Source of the DNA: Yuukianura sp. NJ FZ-2021
Lineage: Eukaryota
Length of the DNA: 64,000 bases
Direction of reading: 5' to 3'
NCBI GenBank assembly: GCA_046563655.1
Contig: CM102288.1
Span: 5,766,001-5,830,000 of the forward strand
Of the stretch, positions 1 to 12,467 are shown in pieces (the first letter of the stretch is position 1; the number at the start of each line of letters is the position of its first letter). The position numbers were made by a program, and so were the translations under genes. A model generated the notes under the pieces. It worked only from the letters and a program-made list of their open reading frames with translations, ran no database searches and was not told where the DNA came from.

Positions 1-996
1 TTGGGTGGAGTGATTGATGTTAAATTGTTATGCTAACCTTGGATTTAAACTCTTTTCGATTAATAACTAATCACTTGTCATGAATCGGTCTGATTTTAAA
101 AATATAAAATATATTATAGTTAAAAATCATAATTATATTAATAATACAAACGATCAATCTGTTCAACAGTCAAGGTTGTTCTGATTTCCCTCTACAATTT
201 TTGTCGTTTCAAGGTTCTCATAAACAGGATCTGAATACGAAAATTGCAAAAATTCCATTTGGAAACAACTCTAATTTGAGAATAATGGAACATCAAAATA
301 ATTGAATTTCAAAAATTTTAAACTTTCAAAATTTAAATGAATACGTGATAATAATAAGCAAACTTCTAAATTTCCAAAAATTCAAAATCTAGAAATCTGT
401 ACAACTGCTTTAAGTATTGTCAGTACAGTATAAGATGTAAAGTAAATAATAATTAAATTTCAAAAGAATGTTGACACAATTTCATTAAAATGCTACCAAT
501 TTCGGTTTGCCCCAAAAAAAAAATCTTACCTTTTAGTATCATTTCTGCAAAAATTCTGGTGGAATATTTTATTGATCAGGCTGGGAAAAAAAATCACAAA
601 ATTTGGAAACTTCTAATTTTGACAGCTCACAAAGGAAATACTTTCACAAATTCTTTCTGTTTCAAAAAGAACACTTTAGTTTGTAAATTTTGTAAATAGA
701 TAGAGAGGGCTTTTTCGCCTAACAGATATTGTGCCAGATTTGATGCTAATTTTACAATTGACGTTACTCTGCAGACGGTAACAATTGAACAAAGAACCAA
801 AGCAAACGAATTGAGTCTGTCTTTTCAAAATTGAATCTGAAGTGAGCGAAACAGATTCATTCCCCTGTGATTCTCAATTCATTGCAGCCGTGAAGCATAA
901 GATCATTTTTCACACCTCTACCGACACTTAAAACTTCAATGATACTAAGCAAATAACTCAATACTAACATTGTCTACACAAAGCGTAGAGCAGTTC

Positions 997-1362
997 GGGT
1001 AGCACGCTATTGCTCCGAATAAAACGCTCCGAAAGCAATTTTTTCGAATGAAATGCTCCGAACGCAATTGTTTCGAATGAAATGCTCCGAAGCCAGTTGT
1101 TCCGAATGAATTGCCATGAAGCCAAAGCATGAAGGTAAATTGTTCCGAAAGATCGGCTCCGAAATTAAATAAACCTACTCTAATGTGTTTAGCGTTGTGT
1201 ATTCAGGTTATAAATAAAGTTGTTTTGTTAGACTAGCAATAAGGAAATTACGCTTGGTTGAGTTAGTCCATTTAGTCAGAGCAATTTGCGTTTCGGAACA
1301 ATTTACCTTTCCGAGCAATTGGATTCGTGGCAATTCATTCGGAAGAATGGCTATAGAATCCC
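997..1362. repeat. Degenerate MITE-like element with GCTCCGAA-type subrepeats
   Basis: Tandem (G)CTCCGAA/TTCGAA units at ~1010-1160, and inverted TTCGGA/TCCGAG units at ~1290-1345. Ends are GGG...CCC; no clear TSD. Confidence 0.4.
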
Positions 1363-1568
1363 ATATTTATATGGAAAAGTTCTAAACTCAAAAAGTGAAG
1401 TTTTTGTGTATAAAACTTTCATTACCTTAACCTTAGATAACAAATTTGAGCGGCATTTGATTTGTTTTAATGTCAACTATAACGTGAATACTAATATATG
1501 TAATATGAACAGCAAACTGTGTTATAATTGTATAACTTTGCGCAGGAGTTGAGGTATTCCAATGTGTT

Positions 1569-1760
1569 TTAGTACCAGCGGTCCAAGCACATGCGCCGGC
1601 AGTCCCTCGGAGCTTCCACTTGTTCTCCGTAGTCTCGCATGCACTCTCTGTAGCAACCTTTGTACGGCAAACTGCTCTCTGTGAATCCAAACACCAACGT
1701 TTCGCAAAAAATGCACACGAGCAGTGTCCAAACCAAAAACTTCCAAAAATTTGGCGCCAT
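1569..1760 (-). CDS. Small secreted cysteine peptide (CxxxC-x13-CxxxC helical-hairpin type)
   Basis: ATG at 1760 gives 63 aa: MAPNFWKFLVWTLLVCIFCETLVFG (signal-peptide-like), then FTESSLPYKGCYRECMRDYGEQVEAPRDCRRMCLDRWY*. A 5'UTR intron is plausible (donor G|GTAAGT near 1905, acceptor TTTCAG near 1806). Confidence 0.7.
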   Translation of the reverse strand: MAPNFWKFLVWTLLVCIFCETLVFGFTESSLPYKGCYRECMRDYGEQVEAPRDCRRMCLDRWY

Positions 1761-2203
1761 TTTCCGGTAAAAACGAAAATTCCAAAGTTCTTGTATCAGG
1801 AAAGTCTGAAAGTTTTTGGGAAATCGGTTGATTTCAAATAAGGTAACAACATTCAAACTATTTTTTTTTGAAATTTCCAATTTTTTAAGTCGGTTATTTA
1901 CTTACCGTCGTGGTGTGTTGTTTCACTGCGACCAAAGCAGTAATGATACTAGACGTAGTCAACAGCCTTCAATTTCTAATGCTTGAAATAACCACTTCCT
2001 CAATTGGCATTAATCAAAATTAAACCATACGATTTTTTGTTTTCGAAAAAGACTAAATTTGGATAAAGAACCACGCAAAACACTTTCTATGGTAAAGGCA
2101 AAAAAGTACACCTTCAAGAATTTGAATAACATTTTTTTTAAACATATACCCAACCAGAAATAAAAACAATTCAAAATACTTTTTTGAAAATTTTTCCAAG
2201 CAG

Positions 2204-2341
2204 GGTTCATGACCTCTAGAAACATCAAAGGTCAATGACCTCTAACAAGCAGAGTTCATTGACCTCTAGAAACACCAGAGGTCAATGACCTCTAACAAGC
2301 AGGGTTCATTGACCTCTAAAAACAGCGAAGTTCAATGACCT
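2204..2341. promoter_or_regulatory. Array of six nuclear-receptor inverted repeats (EcRE-like IR1), ~25-bp period
   Basis: GGTTCA-TGACCT 2204-2215; AGGTCA-A-TGACCT 2229-2241 and 2279-2291; AGTTCA-T-TGACCT 2253-2265; GGTTCA-T-TGACCT 2303-2315; AGTTCA-A-TGACCT 2329-2341. Confidence 0.55.
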
Positions 2342-4438
2342 CTACAAGTATTCTACAAGTGTTTGGCGTTTGTCTTGACTGAACACGAAAGCCGTAACTT
2401 CTTGAACGACGAAAACGATTGAGACCAGGACAGTTCCGACGTACAGCACAAACGCCGAAACTGTAAAATCATGATGAAGCGCCAGCGATTGGCTGGCAAT
2501 TGGTTTGTAATGACTTCTGGGCGTAACTGGTATTGAAAAAGTCTGACTAAAAATCCCGCTCTCCAGTAAAATTCGAAATCTCTTCAAAATTACTTCTCCA
2601 CGATCCCATTCACTGCGACTGAAAATCCATGCCTTGGGATGCGATATGAATTCGTCTTTTCCAAAATACAGTTTTTGAATTCGTGCAGCGCCATATTTGA
2701 ATCTCAAGGTCTCCCGCTCTTTTTTCAAATCTTCATTTTCTCCCACTAATATAGTTGAGTTGCATTCCAACAGTTTCGTCTCAGAAACGTTCAGTAAACT
2801 TGTTCTCACGTCTATCGCAGCTTTGATGTTGCGCCATTTCCCGCCTCTCTGATTTGAATTATTGTCGCCAATATTTGAATCATTCCCGCCATGATTTGAA
2901 TTCTCGTTGGCGCCGTTTTGAGCCGACCGAATGTATTTGAAAAAGTCGTTTCTCATGCTGAGTAAAATTTCGTACATTATTTTATCATTGTGTTTGAGTT
3001 CGGTTTCTTCGGGAATGGACCCGGGAAATTCAAATTTCGATTTGTCTTTTTGGTGTAAAATAATTTTGTAGCCCATTTCCACTGCTTGTTTAATTTTTGA
3101 AATTTGAGACACTGGAAGTGGGGCGGTCAAGTCTAGAGTAATGTACGCTTTGTACAAATTTGTGAGACAAAAAGTGATGACCAAAGTTAAAACAAGGAAA
3201 AATTTGAAATTGGTGGGAAATCGATTCAAAAATGAAGAACAAATGGGCTGCTCCAATATTAATTTCCATGTAAAGTAGAATCCGTCAAATAGATTTTCAA
3301 AAACTAAAAATCTTGCTGTCATGGCAACCAAAAAACTGACTGCCAATACTGCCACCCAAACATTCCGTTTTAGCGGTTTCAAAAAAGCTTGAAACGACAA
3401 AAACTTATTTGCGCCATCGCATGTTAAAAAATTGTAAGCTGCTTCAGCCGTGTAGATTCGGTAACTGCCGAGGTGAGGCGACATTCCGGAGATGTCGCCG
3501 CTGGGATACGCGTCCGTCAGTACCGTAAGTTTCCGACATTTCGATGGCTGTTCTGTAACGTATCGGCCGAAACCAATAGGAGTAACGTTATAACCGGTTA
3601 TACTAGAATTCCCGGGTTTCAAACCGGTAAAAATAGTTGACAAAATTTTTTCAGTTTTTGCATCGTGCAACGACTGCTCAACTGTGATTGGTCCGCGTCG
3701 TGCTTCGGGATTGGTTGTCCAAGTTATGGAGTCGGCGCATGACGCAATGAGCAGTCGGTAACTGAATTCCAAAAACTGACGAAGAGTCGTCGGTTTTGAA
3801 AAATGGCGCCAAATGGTTTTGAGAATTTCAAACCTACTATTGGTTGTATTCGACAGCTCAAACGTTAATGACGTGCTACAAGGGTAGGAAGCGCGGACTT
3901 TCAAAATTTTTAGTTCACCAGCTACGTCAATGTTAATTTCAAATGTCGGATTATTTTGAGAAAAAGTTGTAGTTGCATGAAATATTTGTGATAAAAACTT
4001 CGAGTTTCTTAGAACAACCAAGAAAACGTTTTTTCCGTAACACTTTGGAACTGATTGTTTGTCGTTCGCCGAGCATTCTGTCAGCCAAGTAAGCGAAAAC
4101 TCCACCTCAACAATTTGAAGTGATTTGGGCGGGAAAATTACGAAAATGACTACACAGTTGCACCTCGACGTGATCCAGAAACGTTTGATTTTGAAAATTG
4201 TCAAAAAATAGGGTGATTTCGATGAAGAGTTAACACTTTCTAAGTAAAGCAGAGTTGTAACTGGGTAATTTTGGAAGGAAAAAGTCATTGACCTTTGACC
4301 TTGAAAATCAATTGTTATGACACAACACTGGTGATCCTCCATTTCAAATGCTAACAAGTCAGATACATTCCAAGTTTGTGTAATTACTAAACCCATTGAT
4401 AACATAACCAAAACAAAATTTGTATTTTTAACTTCCAT
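2342..4438 (-). CDS. Divergent ionotropic receptor (IR/iGluR-like chemoreceptor), intronless
   Basis: 698-aa ORF with an N-terminal hydrophobic segment, YNFLTC and FLKPLxxxVW before TM1, a pore-like segment (FTWKLILEQ), TM2 followed by LTNLYKAYITLDLTAP, an S2 lobe ending ILLESGIF, and a final TM. Confidence 0.8.
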   Translation of the reverse strand: MEVKNTNFVLVMLSMGLVITQTWNVSDLLAFEMEDHQCCVITIDFQGQRSMTFSFQNYPVTTLLYLESVNSSSKSPYFLTIFKIKRFWITSRCNCVVIFVIFPPKSLQIVEVEFSLTWLTECSANDKQSVPKCYGKNVFLVVLRNSKFLSQIFHATTTFSQNNPTFEINIDVAGELKILKVRASYPCSTSLTFELSNTTNSRFEILKTIWRHFSKPTTLRQFLEFSYRLLIASCADSITWTTNPEARRGPITVEQSLHDAKTEKILSTIFTGLKPGNSSITGYNVTPIGFGRYVTEQPSKCRKLTVLTDAYPSGDISGMSPHLGSYRIYTAEAAYNFLTCDGANKFLSFQAFLKPLKRNVWVAVLAVSFLVAMTARFLVFENLFDGFYFTWKLILEQPICSSFLNRFPTNFKFFLVLTLVITFCLTNLYKAYITLDLTAPLPVSQISKIKQAVEMGYKIILHQKDKSKFEFPGSIPEETELKHNDKIMYEILLSMRNDFFKYIRSAQNGANENSNHGGNDSNIGDNNSNQRGGKWRNIKAAIDVRTSLLNVSETKLLECNSTILVGENEDLKKERETLRFKYGAARIQKLYFGKDEFISHPKAWIFSRSEWDRGEVILKRFRILLESGIFSQTFSIPVTPRSHYKPIASQSLALHHDFTVSAFVLYVGTVLVSIVFVVQEVTAFVFSQDKRQTLVEYL

Positions 4439-5708
4439 TTTTTTTTAATTTTTGATGTCTTAGGCGTCAGAAAGTATGCAAGTTCAAACTTAAACTGCAA
4501 TTTAGTCTTTCTAGGTATTATGTAATTTCTCGATTTAGAAAAAAAAAATTTAGAGTCGCGCTGAGGTCAAAAAAGTTCCAACTCTCCGGGGAAATTAAAC
4601 AAATTCTTAGAACTATTGAAAACTAACAGCTAATCTAAATTCGCTACACAAGTTTCGAAACGAAGGGGTCACCTTTGTCATTGCATGCTGCGAGGAACTA
4701 GGTTTTAATAAGGATGGGAAAGAAATCATTACTCTTTTGAACTAATTCCCCAACTTTGGGAAAAATATACGCTAGTAAAATAAGTTAATACGGACTTACT
4801 AAAATTTTTTAGTTGTTGTTATGATAATCAGCTAGGTAAAAATCCACCAGTATTCTTTCTAGCAGTTATGCTCTTGCCTAACGTATATTATGAGAGCTTA
4901 GCATATGTGCTTGGCAAAGTGAAATTGCGAAAAAGTTCTTGTTTACAAAAAAAACTATACCAACGTAATTATTTTAAGCCGTATTTTATGTTAAATAAAA
5001 TAATTCAAGTCATTTTTTTTGGAGTCAAATCGAAACTTCCACCATCAAGTCAATCCCACCCATTTCCTGAGAGCGCAAATTTTAAAAGCAATTTTGTTAT
5101 GAACAGAGTGCCTTCAGGGTAATATATAAGTTAAGATCCATCTTCCTGCCTGCGCTGTTATGAATTCAGGTCTCAAGGTAAAAAGAAATTGAATTGAACT
5201 AAGACAAAATTAAATGAAATTTAGCTTTTAGCTTTTAGAACTTTAATTTAAGGCTCGAAATAATTTAATTCTTTTTCAGCAGAGGTTGTCCGGCCATGCC
5301 ATTTTCTTTAAACTTTCTGTCCATGAATTTTTTAAAACCGCTTTCTTATTGGCCCATGCCAGTCGATGCTGAGGAGACAAAGTAATTTTCCTAGTGAGCA
5401 TCAACACTTCAATTTTTCTGCTAGTCGTCCATAATACAAATTCAAAACCTAAACGCATCAGTTTTTTTAATTCTTAAATTAATTTCCTGATTGAAAAGTC
5501 GGTGAATATTGATGACCATTTTAGACAGCAAATAATTAAATTCATTTGGTCAATTTTTGCAAAAGGTGAGTCCATTATATCCAGAAAAAAAACAGTCTGA
5601 AATCGGATCTCCTTGGACCATCATTGACAGAAAACGTATTATCCTCAGATTGCTTCTTTTTGAACTCATGAGTAAACTGCACTTTGGTCAATTGCAATCC
5701 AAATAACA

Positions 5709-6946
5709 ATGTCTGCTTACACTGAATTCAACCAGTATTTGAAACTTGGACAATATTTTAACATTTGCCCATACAATTTGGTCTGTATGAAATCAAAGCA
5801 GTGGGCAATGGAACTTGTTCCACTCAAGATACCAAAAAAAGTAAAACTAATATATCCAATACTTCGCATAACTGTGTACATTCTGGCTCAATCCATTCCG
5901 TTACAAGCCATAGCAGAACGTAGTCAGCCTATAAACTTTGCCGCTGAACTCGCACTTGGCGTCATCGCATTCTTTGCATTCTACGCGGAACTACTTTGGA
6001 ATACAGACCACATGGCAGCCATTACGTTTTTCAACAGATTCCTCAAACTTGAGCACGACATACGTTAGTTATAGACTACTCATTTATTTCAGATTAGCAT
6101 ATTTCACACTGAATCGGACAACACTAATTTCTTTGTTTAACAGGTAAAACGTTTGGTGAAAAAATTTGCCGTGAACGGGTTGACAACGTTGTGTACTCCT
6201 ATGTACATATTTTCAAACTAAATATTTACCCGTTCTTTCTGTACATACCAGTAGCCGCTCCTTTAGCCGCCATCGGTGACTTGTTCTTTGTGGGGTTAAT
6301 TGTGCGTGTGATTTCAAGTTTAATCGGAACCAATATTAGCGCAGTAGTTCTCACAAGCGTTGGGGTAACTATTATAGCGAATTTCTTTGTGTTCTGGGGA
6401 ACATTAAGTTTATTTTACATGCTTCTGATTACTACATCCGCTAAGCAGTGGCTCAGAACACTGGCAACACTTCAAGCATCTTGTACAAGTGACATGCAGC
6501 GGAACAAATTCCGTCAGTTGTACAGAGCCATACAAGTATTTAGTGCAATTTTCAATGACAATCAGAAGTGGTGGATTCAAATTGCTTACTGTGGAAACAT
6601 ACTTGTAGTTATTGCAATTTCATTTGCAGTTTTCAAAACTAATTGGCAAGCAAACCCTATCATACCACTCGTATTGACAATGGTGGATATCTTAGTATTT
6701 AGCAGTGGGTTTGTTATTTGTCAACATGTTGTGCATCTGAGAGTATATTCTGAGCGTTACTACACTTTAAAAAACAGTAGCAATTTACCACATACAAAGT
6801 ATGAGAGTAGCTTTAGAAAGTCGTGCCAACCAATTACAGGAAGCGTGGGTGATTTTTTTACAATTTCAAATAGAGACTTTTGTGTTGAAACCTACGGAAA
6901 TGTTGTTCTCAACACTACTCTTAGTCTTTTGTTAACATTTCGCTGA
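5709..6946 (+). CDS. Gustatory-receptor-like 7TM chemoreceptor (2 exons: 5709-6063, 6144-6946)
   Basis: The GTTAGT...TTAACAG intron joins the two ORFs in frame (~385 aa). Multiple hydrophobic helices; C-terminal GDFFTI...ETYGNVVLNTTLSLLLTF resembles the GR/OR TM7 region. Confidence 0.65.
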
Positions 6947-7125
6947 GAGAAAGTTCTTGAACAAATGACTAAAAACTTTTACAATCTGTTCCGGTCATAC
7001 CAAGCACTACAAATTTTCTCTTTTCGTCAGCATAAATTTCGTCCAAACTTCAATAATGTTAGTATTAGTATTAGCCTTTATCGTACTGGTATTAAAAAAA
7101 ATGTTAATCTGTTCAAGCAAGTGAA

Positions 7126-8891
7126 TTACTGAATAATTTTTGTTATTTGGTTCACCGAATATTTTCTGATCGTTCCATCTCTGCACGCAGTATAAATGTA
7201 GTTCCCATCGTGTTTCATTACATAAATCGGATCGTAGTCTGATCCCGTTAATTGAACAATTGATTTACTCTGAGTCTCTAGATTGGGATCAATCAAGGCC
7301 ACAGTGCCATCAGCCTTAGCCACCCAGAATAGTTTGTTGCTCTCATCAGTGATTGGATTGGACGCAGGAGATCGAGGATGTGTGAGGAGATTCAACACAG
7401 GGGACTTTGTAGCATACTGAATCAGTTTCGGTGGAACGATCTTCCGTAAGTCAAAAGTTGCAATTTCTCCACCCTGGCATCCAACTGCAAAAGTGTTGAG
7501 TCCAGTTGCAACTACTGTGTTGGCTGCAGATGGAAGAGAAGCACTGAAAACGTTTTTTCTTGATCCAACTCCGATTCCCTCAACTACCGAATCTTCTCGG
7601 CCAATCACAACCAGTTTCCCAACGGTTCCAATTTCACGAGGCGCTGAAAACGAAAAACAAAACTGAAATTGAAATTGGAAGGAATTTTTATAAATTTTTT
7701 TTTAAAGATTTGTTAGATTGCTGTTTTAAAATTTTATGTTCTTACACATGTGAGATTTTGGTTCACCAAGGTTGATCGATGAAGAAGGCGATAGCAGAGC
7801 ACAACTGTTGATTTGTGATCCACAGTCTGCGAGAACTTCTAGTGTTTTTGATTCGCCACAATCCCATAACCGAGCAGTGCCGTCTCTGTTCAAACATAAA
7901 AAAAAAGTTTTTAAAACGTTTTGCTTTTTTTTTCAAAACGCAGTGAACAAAATTCCAAATTCACAGGTTGTTTTTTCTTACTTTGATACTGAAATAATGT
8001 TTCTGCCACGGTCAACGATACAAGTGTCCTGAATGGCTGCTGTGTGTCCAGTAAGTGTGACAGGACAGTCTCCAGTTTCAACTGACCAAATCTTAAGGCG
8101 CATGTCAGCTCCAGCAGTCAACGCAACTATTCCAGACGGAAACAGTTTGCAGCTATACACATCTGCCACGTGACCTTCGAATGTTCTCTGTAAATACAAC
8201 AGTGGCATTATCACAACTTAAGAAAATTAGAAATGAAGAGGTACGTTACGTAACTTTTTTTTCCTTACACGAATGTTCCCAGTGTCTGTTTCCCAAACTT
8301 TGAGCTGGTTGTTCTGGCACACGGAAATACCGAGTCCGCCTTCGCTGATATCCATCGAAATCACCTTCAAATCACAATAAAAAGTTTTAGGTTTAACTTT
8401 AGAGAAAGCAGAATTACCTACCCCCTTCTTATGAATTCGGCTAAAAGTGGACGAAGGTGCAACGAAAGTGCAATCGAAGTTTGACAGTTGATCCTTCACG
8501 TTGAGTATGTTTCGTGAACTACCTCTTTTGGCACTGAACGGCTCTCCAACCGACAAATTGTCGCCGCCTTCCGATTTCAGTGTTCCGTGAACCGAAATTT
8601 CTGGAAATACCAAATCCAAGACGGTTAGATTACCATGAAATATTACAAATGTAAGAATATGTTAAGTTAGTTAACTTATGAAAAACTTACTAACCTTCTC
8701 CAATCCGTCTAACTGTAACCCATGATGTTCCGCCCTTTGTACTGCAAAAAGTAACACGAACTAACTTCATATGCATAGAATGAAATTTAGTGAGAGAGAA
8801 TTCAATTTGAAAACTACCGCAGAGCATCTTCCCAATCACATTGGATTCCAAAGTGCGGAAACTGTAGTGGCACGGCTTCGTTTTCTTCCAT
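7126..8891 (-). CDS. PAAF1: Proteasomal ATPase-associated factor 1 (WD40, Rpn14 homolog), about 7 exons
   Basis: Starts MEENEAVPLQFPHFGIQCDWEDALR; WD40 core GHVADVYSCKLFPSGIVALTAGADMRLKIWS...GHTAAIQDTCIVDRGRNIISVSKDGTARLWDCG; ends LTGSDYDPIY...IYTACRDGTIRKY. Confidence 0.9.
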
Positions 8892-9468
8892 GTCCGTGCG
8901 TCTGTCGATCTTCCAAATCCTAAAGAAATTGACGGTAATAAATTAATCAGGTAAATCAAATAAGATTATTCTCATAAGGGGGTACTTACTATGGGGTTGA
9001 GTTATTTCTGAACTATAATAAGTGACAGTATATAGACAATCTTATCAGCAACTACTCACAATTAAATCAGAACACTACGCATAACTACACTAACTACGAA
9101 TTAATCAAAAAGAATTAAGATTTATTCCTTGACAAACTCACTTTCATTGCAGGGTTGAAGTAATGTTTAACCATAGTCGTTATAATCAACAACGTTAGCT
9201 ACTCATTGTGTGAGAGAACTCAAGTTGCCACATGTGTGAGTCCGTTTCATGCTACCCAAATAAAAGCGGCTACGTTGGTTGCCACTCTTGGGTAGCCACC
9301 TATAATTTGCACACGTGACAATCGTAGTGGCAACGCTACTGTTTTGGTTGCACAGTGTCGTTAAAATTTCTTTCATCCTTTTGTTGACATACTCATTCTA
9401 TTCTTTGAATTTACTTGCTGAATTTTTTTCCCGCTTCAAATTAACATGTGGTTACATTATCTCACTAC

Positions 9469-10371
9469 CATAGATGGGCATCCTCAAAGAGGACGTCCTC
9501 AAATCCTCTATCCTCAATCGATTCCCGATCCTCAAGTACTCTTCTCCTCTATCCTCACTCGATTTCTAGTCCTCAAATCTTCAAAACCTCATCCTCATTG
9601 GTATCCCAATCCTTAAAACCTCAAATCCTCTATCCTCACTCCTAATAATGTCCTCAAATCCTTAAACCTCTATCCTCAATTAAGTGAAAATAACTATATA
9701 TAAAGTTTGGTTCACCAAGTCAATTTTATTTCAGACTAATATTCAATTTAATTAACCTAACCTAACAGCGTCAGGAACACCACCAGTAACTTTCTTGTAA
9801 CGTAGACGGTTGATAACTTTTGCAGACGACGAAGATTCGATTTCTTGTATTTCCTCGTCATTAATCACGACAGGACCAAACTCGAGTGTTGCCTGTTTTA
9901 AGTTCGCCGACATGTTGTTCACTAACTAATTTAAATTAGATACACACCACTTCGGACTATACTATTGGCAGTGGCAGCTGATGATACAAAAGAATAATAG
10001 TGAAGAGAAGAAATAGGATCAAAGCTCATGCTCAACTTTGAAACAACCGCGGTTGTTAGCGGGATGTCTGGGGATGTCTCATTTGACTCAATTTGCTAGG
10101 AATTGCGAAATTGAGGAGTGCTCAAATACTCAATCCTCAAGTAAATTTGAATCCTCAACTACTCTAATCCTCTTTCCTCACTTCATACTGTATCCTTAAA
10201 TACTCAAAACCTCTATCCTCATTCAAAGTCCATCCTCAAAACTTCAATCCTCTATACTCTTCCCGGCCATCGGTCCTCAAATCCTCTATACTCAATCCTC
10301 ATCCAAAATCGTGTCCTCTTTGAGGATTTCGTCCTCTTTGAGGATTTTTTGAGTGAGGACGCCCATCTATG
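9469..10371. mobile_element. Non-autonomous hAT-type DNA transposon
   Basis: TIRs CATAGATGGGC(A/G)TCCTCA at both ends; 8-bp TSD CTCACTAC (9461-9468 and 10372-10379); dense subterminal TCCTC/GAGGA repeats. Confidence 0.9.
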
Positions 10372-10744
10372 CTCACTACAAGTGAGCATAGATAGATGAC
10401 CTGTAATTCGATGTAACTTCGGAAAAATCCGCTTGGAAAACTTGTTTTGCAATTTTTTTAAAACGTGTATGCAATTTTTTGTCACATTTTTTGCCTCTTT
10501 CACATCATCATGCTTGTCAGAAAATTACAAAAAGGTGTCAAAAGATAATCTTTTTCCTCCTGCATTCTTCGATATACTATGTAGATATAACGTATTGTGT
10601 CTTGTTAGCGTAGCTCATAGTTGAAATATTCTCAACAACTTTGTTATTTTTGGTAAAAAGGTAATAGGTGTTCGTTTCATCGTGACTGTAAAATTTTAGC
10701 ATAAAACTTTCCATATTCATTTTGTAGTTTTTTGGAAAATTAAC

Positions 10745-11697
10745 ATGGGAGCTCGCGTGTACTTGAATTGGTTGTTTACAAGTGCAGGGAAGTTGGGTCA
10801 ACCTCTGACATTTGACGTCACTGGAAGAGAAATCAAAGACGTTGTCACGGAAACCGTCACGCAAAACAAAGTCGTCATCTTCTCAAAGTCCATCAGTCCA
10901 CACTGTCACAGAGCCAAAAAGGTTTTCGAAAAATAAATTTTAAACATACGCATTTGTAATTTACAAATTTAATTTAATTTAAATTGCCATTTACAAATCC
11001 TAATTGGCAATTTAAAATTTAAAATTTGCAAAATGTATCATATGTATAATATACTAGCAGATTAAATATTTTTTTTTAGTTTTTTAGTTATACAGTGAGG
11101 CCCAGCTAAAAGAGTACACCAAAAAATCAGTAATTTGTTTGATTTCGCAACCATGGAGGGAAAACGAGTGAAATAACGCGATTTGCGAAGCGTCCATCAT
11201 AATGGTGAACTAAAGTTTCAAAATTTGAGTTAGTTTTCCCCTCGTGTTTACCTAAGTTTCAACTCGTTTCTATGGAAACGAAATAGGGGTGTACTCTTTT
11301 AGCTGGGCCTCACTGTACATATACTTTGATATAGTCTTTTGTATATTATTATAGTCTTATTATTATAGTCTACTAATTACTAATAAATTATTAAATTATT
11401 CATTTATATGCTGTTTTTAGATATTTGATGATTTGAATCAGAGTTATTCAGTGATTGAACTGAACAAACTTCCACAGATGAGTCCGATACAAGACGCGTT
11501 GAACGAAATGACCGGAGCTCGAACTGTAATTATATTTATTTAAATTTAAGTTTATCAATATATTAGTTTAAGATGACGTCACTACTTTTGCTTCTACGCA
11601 GGTTCCGAGAGTTTTCATCAACGGAAACTGTATCGGGGGAGGAGCAGAAACTGCGCAACTGCTCGCAAGCGGACAACTCCAAAAACTTTTGGAGTGA
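10745..11697 (+). CDS. Glutaredoxin-like protein with SPHC active site (exons 10745-10921, 11421-11525, 11603-11697 approx.)
   Basis: Spliced product ...QNKVVIFSKSISPHCHRAKK|IFDDLNQSYSVIELN...IQDALNEMTGART|VPRVFINGNCIGGGAET...LQKLLE* contains the class I Grx motifs VVIFSK, TVP and GG. Confidence 0.85.
11093..11315. mobile_element. Tc1/mariner-type MITE in glutaredoxin intron 1
   Basis: 28-bp TIRs CAGTGAGGCCCAGCTAAAAGAGTACACC, flanked by TA on both sides. Confidence 0.9.
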
Positions 11698-12467
11698 AAT
11701 TTTGAAACAAAATTATCACAATGGATCGACATTTTTGTGAAAACTTTAAAATGCAATTTACAAGAGAAATGCAATTACTAAAATTACAAAAACCGCCGTT
11801 CCATTTTGCAAAAACACTTTGTGCTACTTTTTAAAAATGCAGTTTAAACTTTTTTTTTTGCAAATAAAGTTCGAGAACCATACACTTCTTTTTTAATAAA
11901 ATACGCTTTTTTTGTTTACAAGGTCAATTTTATTATTTATTTTCATGATATATTTCTAGAACTAGGTTTAGTAAAAACCTTACCAATCCGAACCATTTAA
12001 ATATGACTTCAAATTGGTAGAGTTTGAGCTTCCGATTTTAAAGAATTTGAGAAGTTCGAGCTAAACAACCCGACGCATCCAACGTGTACGTGACTGTATG
12101 ATGAACCCTCATACAAATACGAGAATCCGAACTTTAGCCGGACCCCTTTATTTCGATTGAAATCAGTTGAAATCGGCGGGAATGCAATGCTTTTGTTCTG
12201 AAAAATCAACAAGTCCGTCTTTTGTGTCTTCTCTTGTTTGCTCTTGTTTGTTACACAACTTGGAACTTGGCTAAGATCGGGTCGTTCGGTGTGGTAAGCG
12301 GTAGTGTTAATTGAAGAGTCACTTCTTGCCGGGTGAGATGAAACGAACAAAGACGGAAGCTGGAATGGCAGGTAAAAGTAAAGCAGCAGCCACATGTGGT
12401 TTAGTGAATTAATTTGACCGACCTAATGTTACGTAATTGATTTCTCTTTCCCATTTTAGGACTGTCA

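Noticed and set aside
2204..2341. CRISPR-like repeat/spacer appearance
   Set aside because: Spacers are ~12 bp and alternate between two sequences; eukaryotic context and no cas genes.
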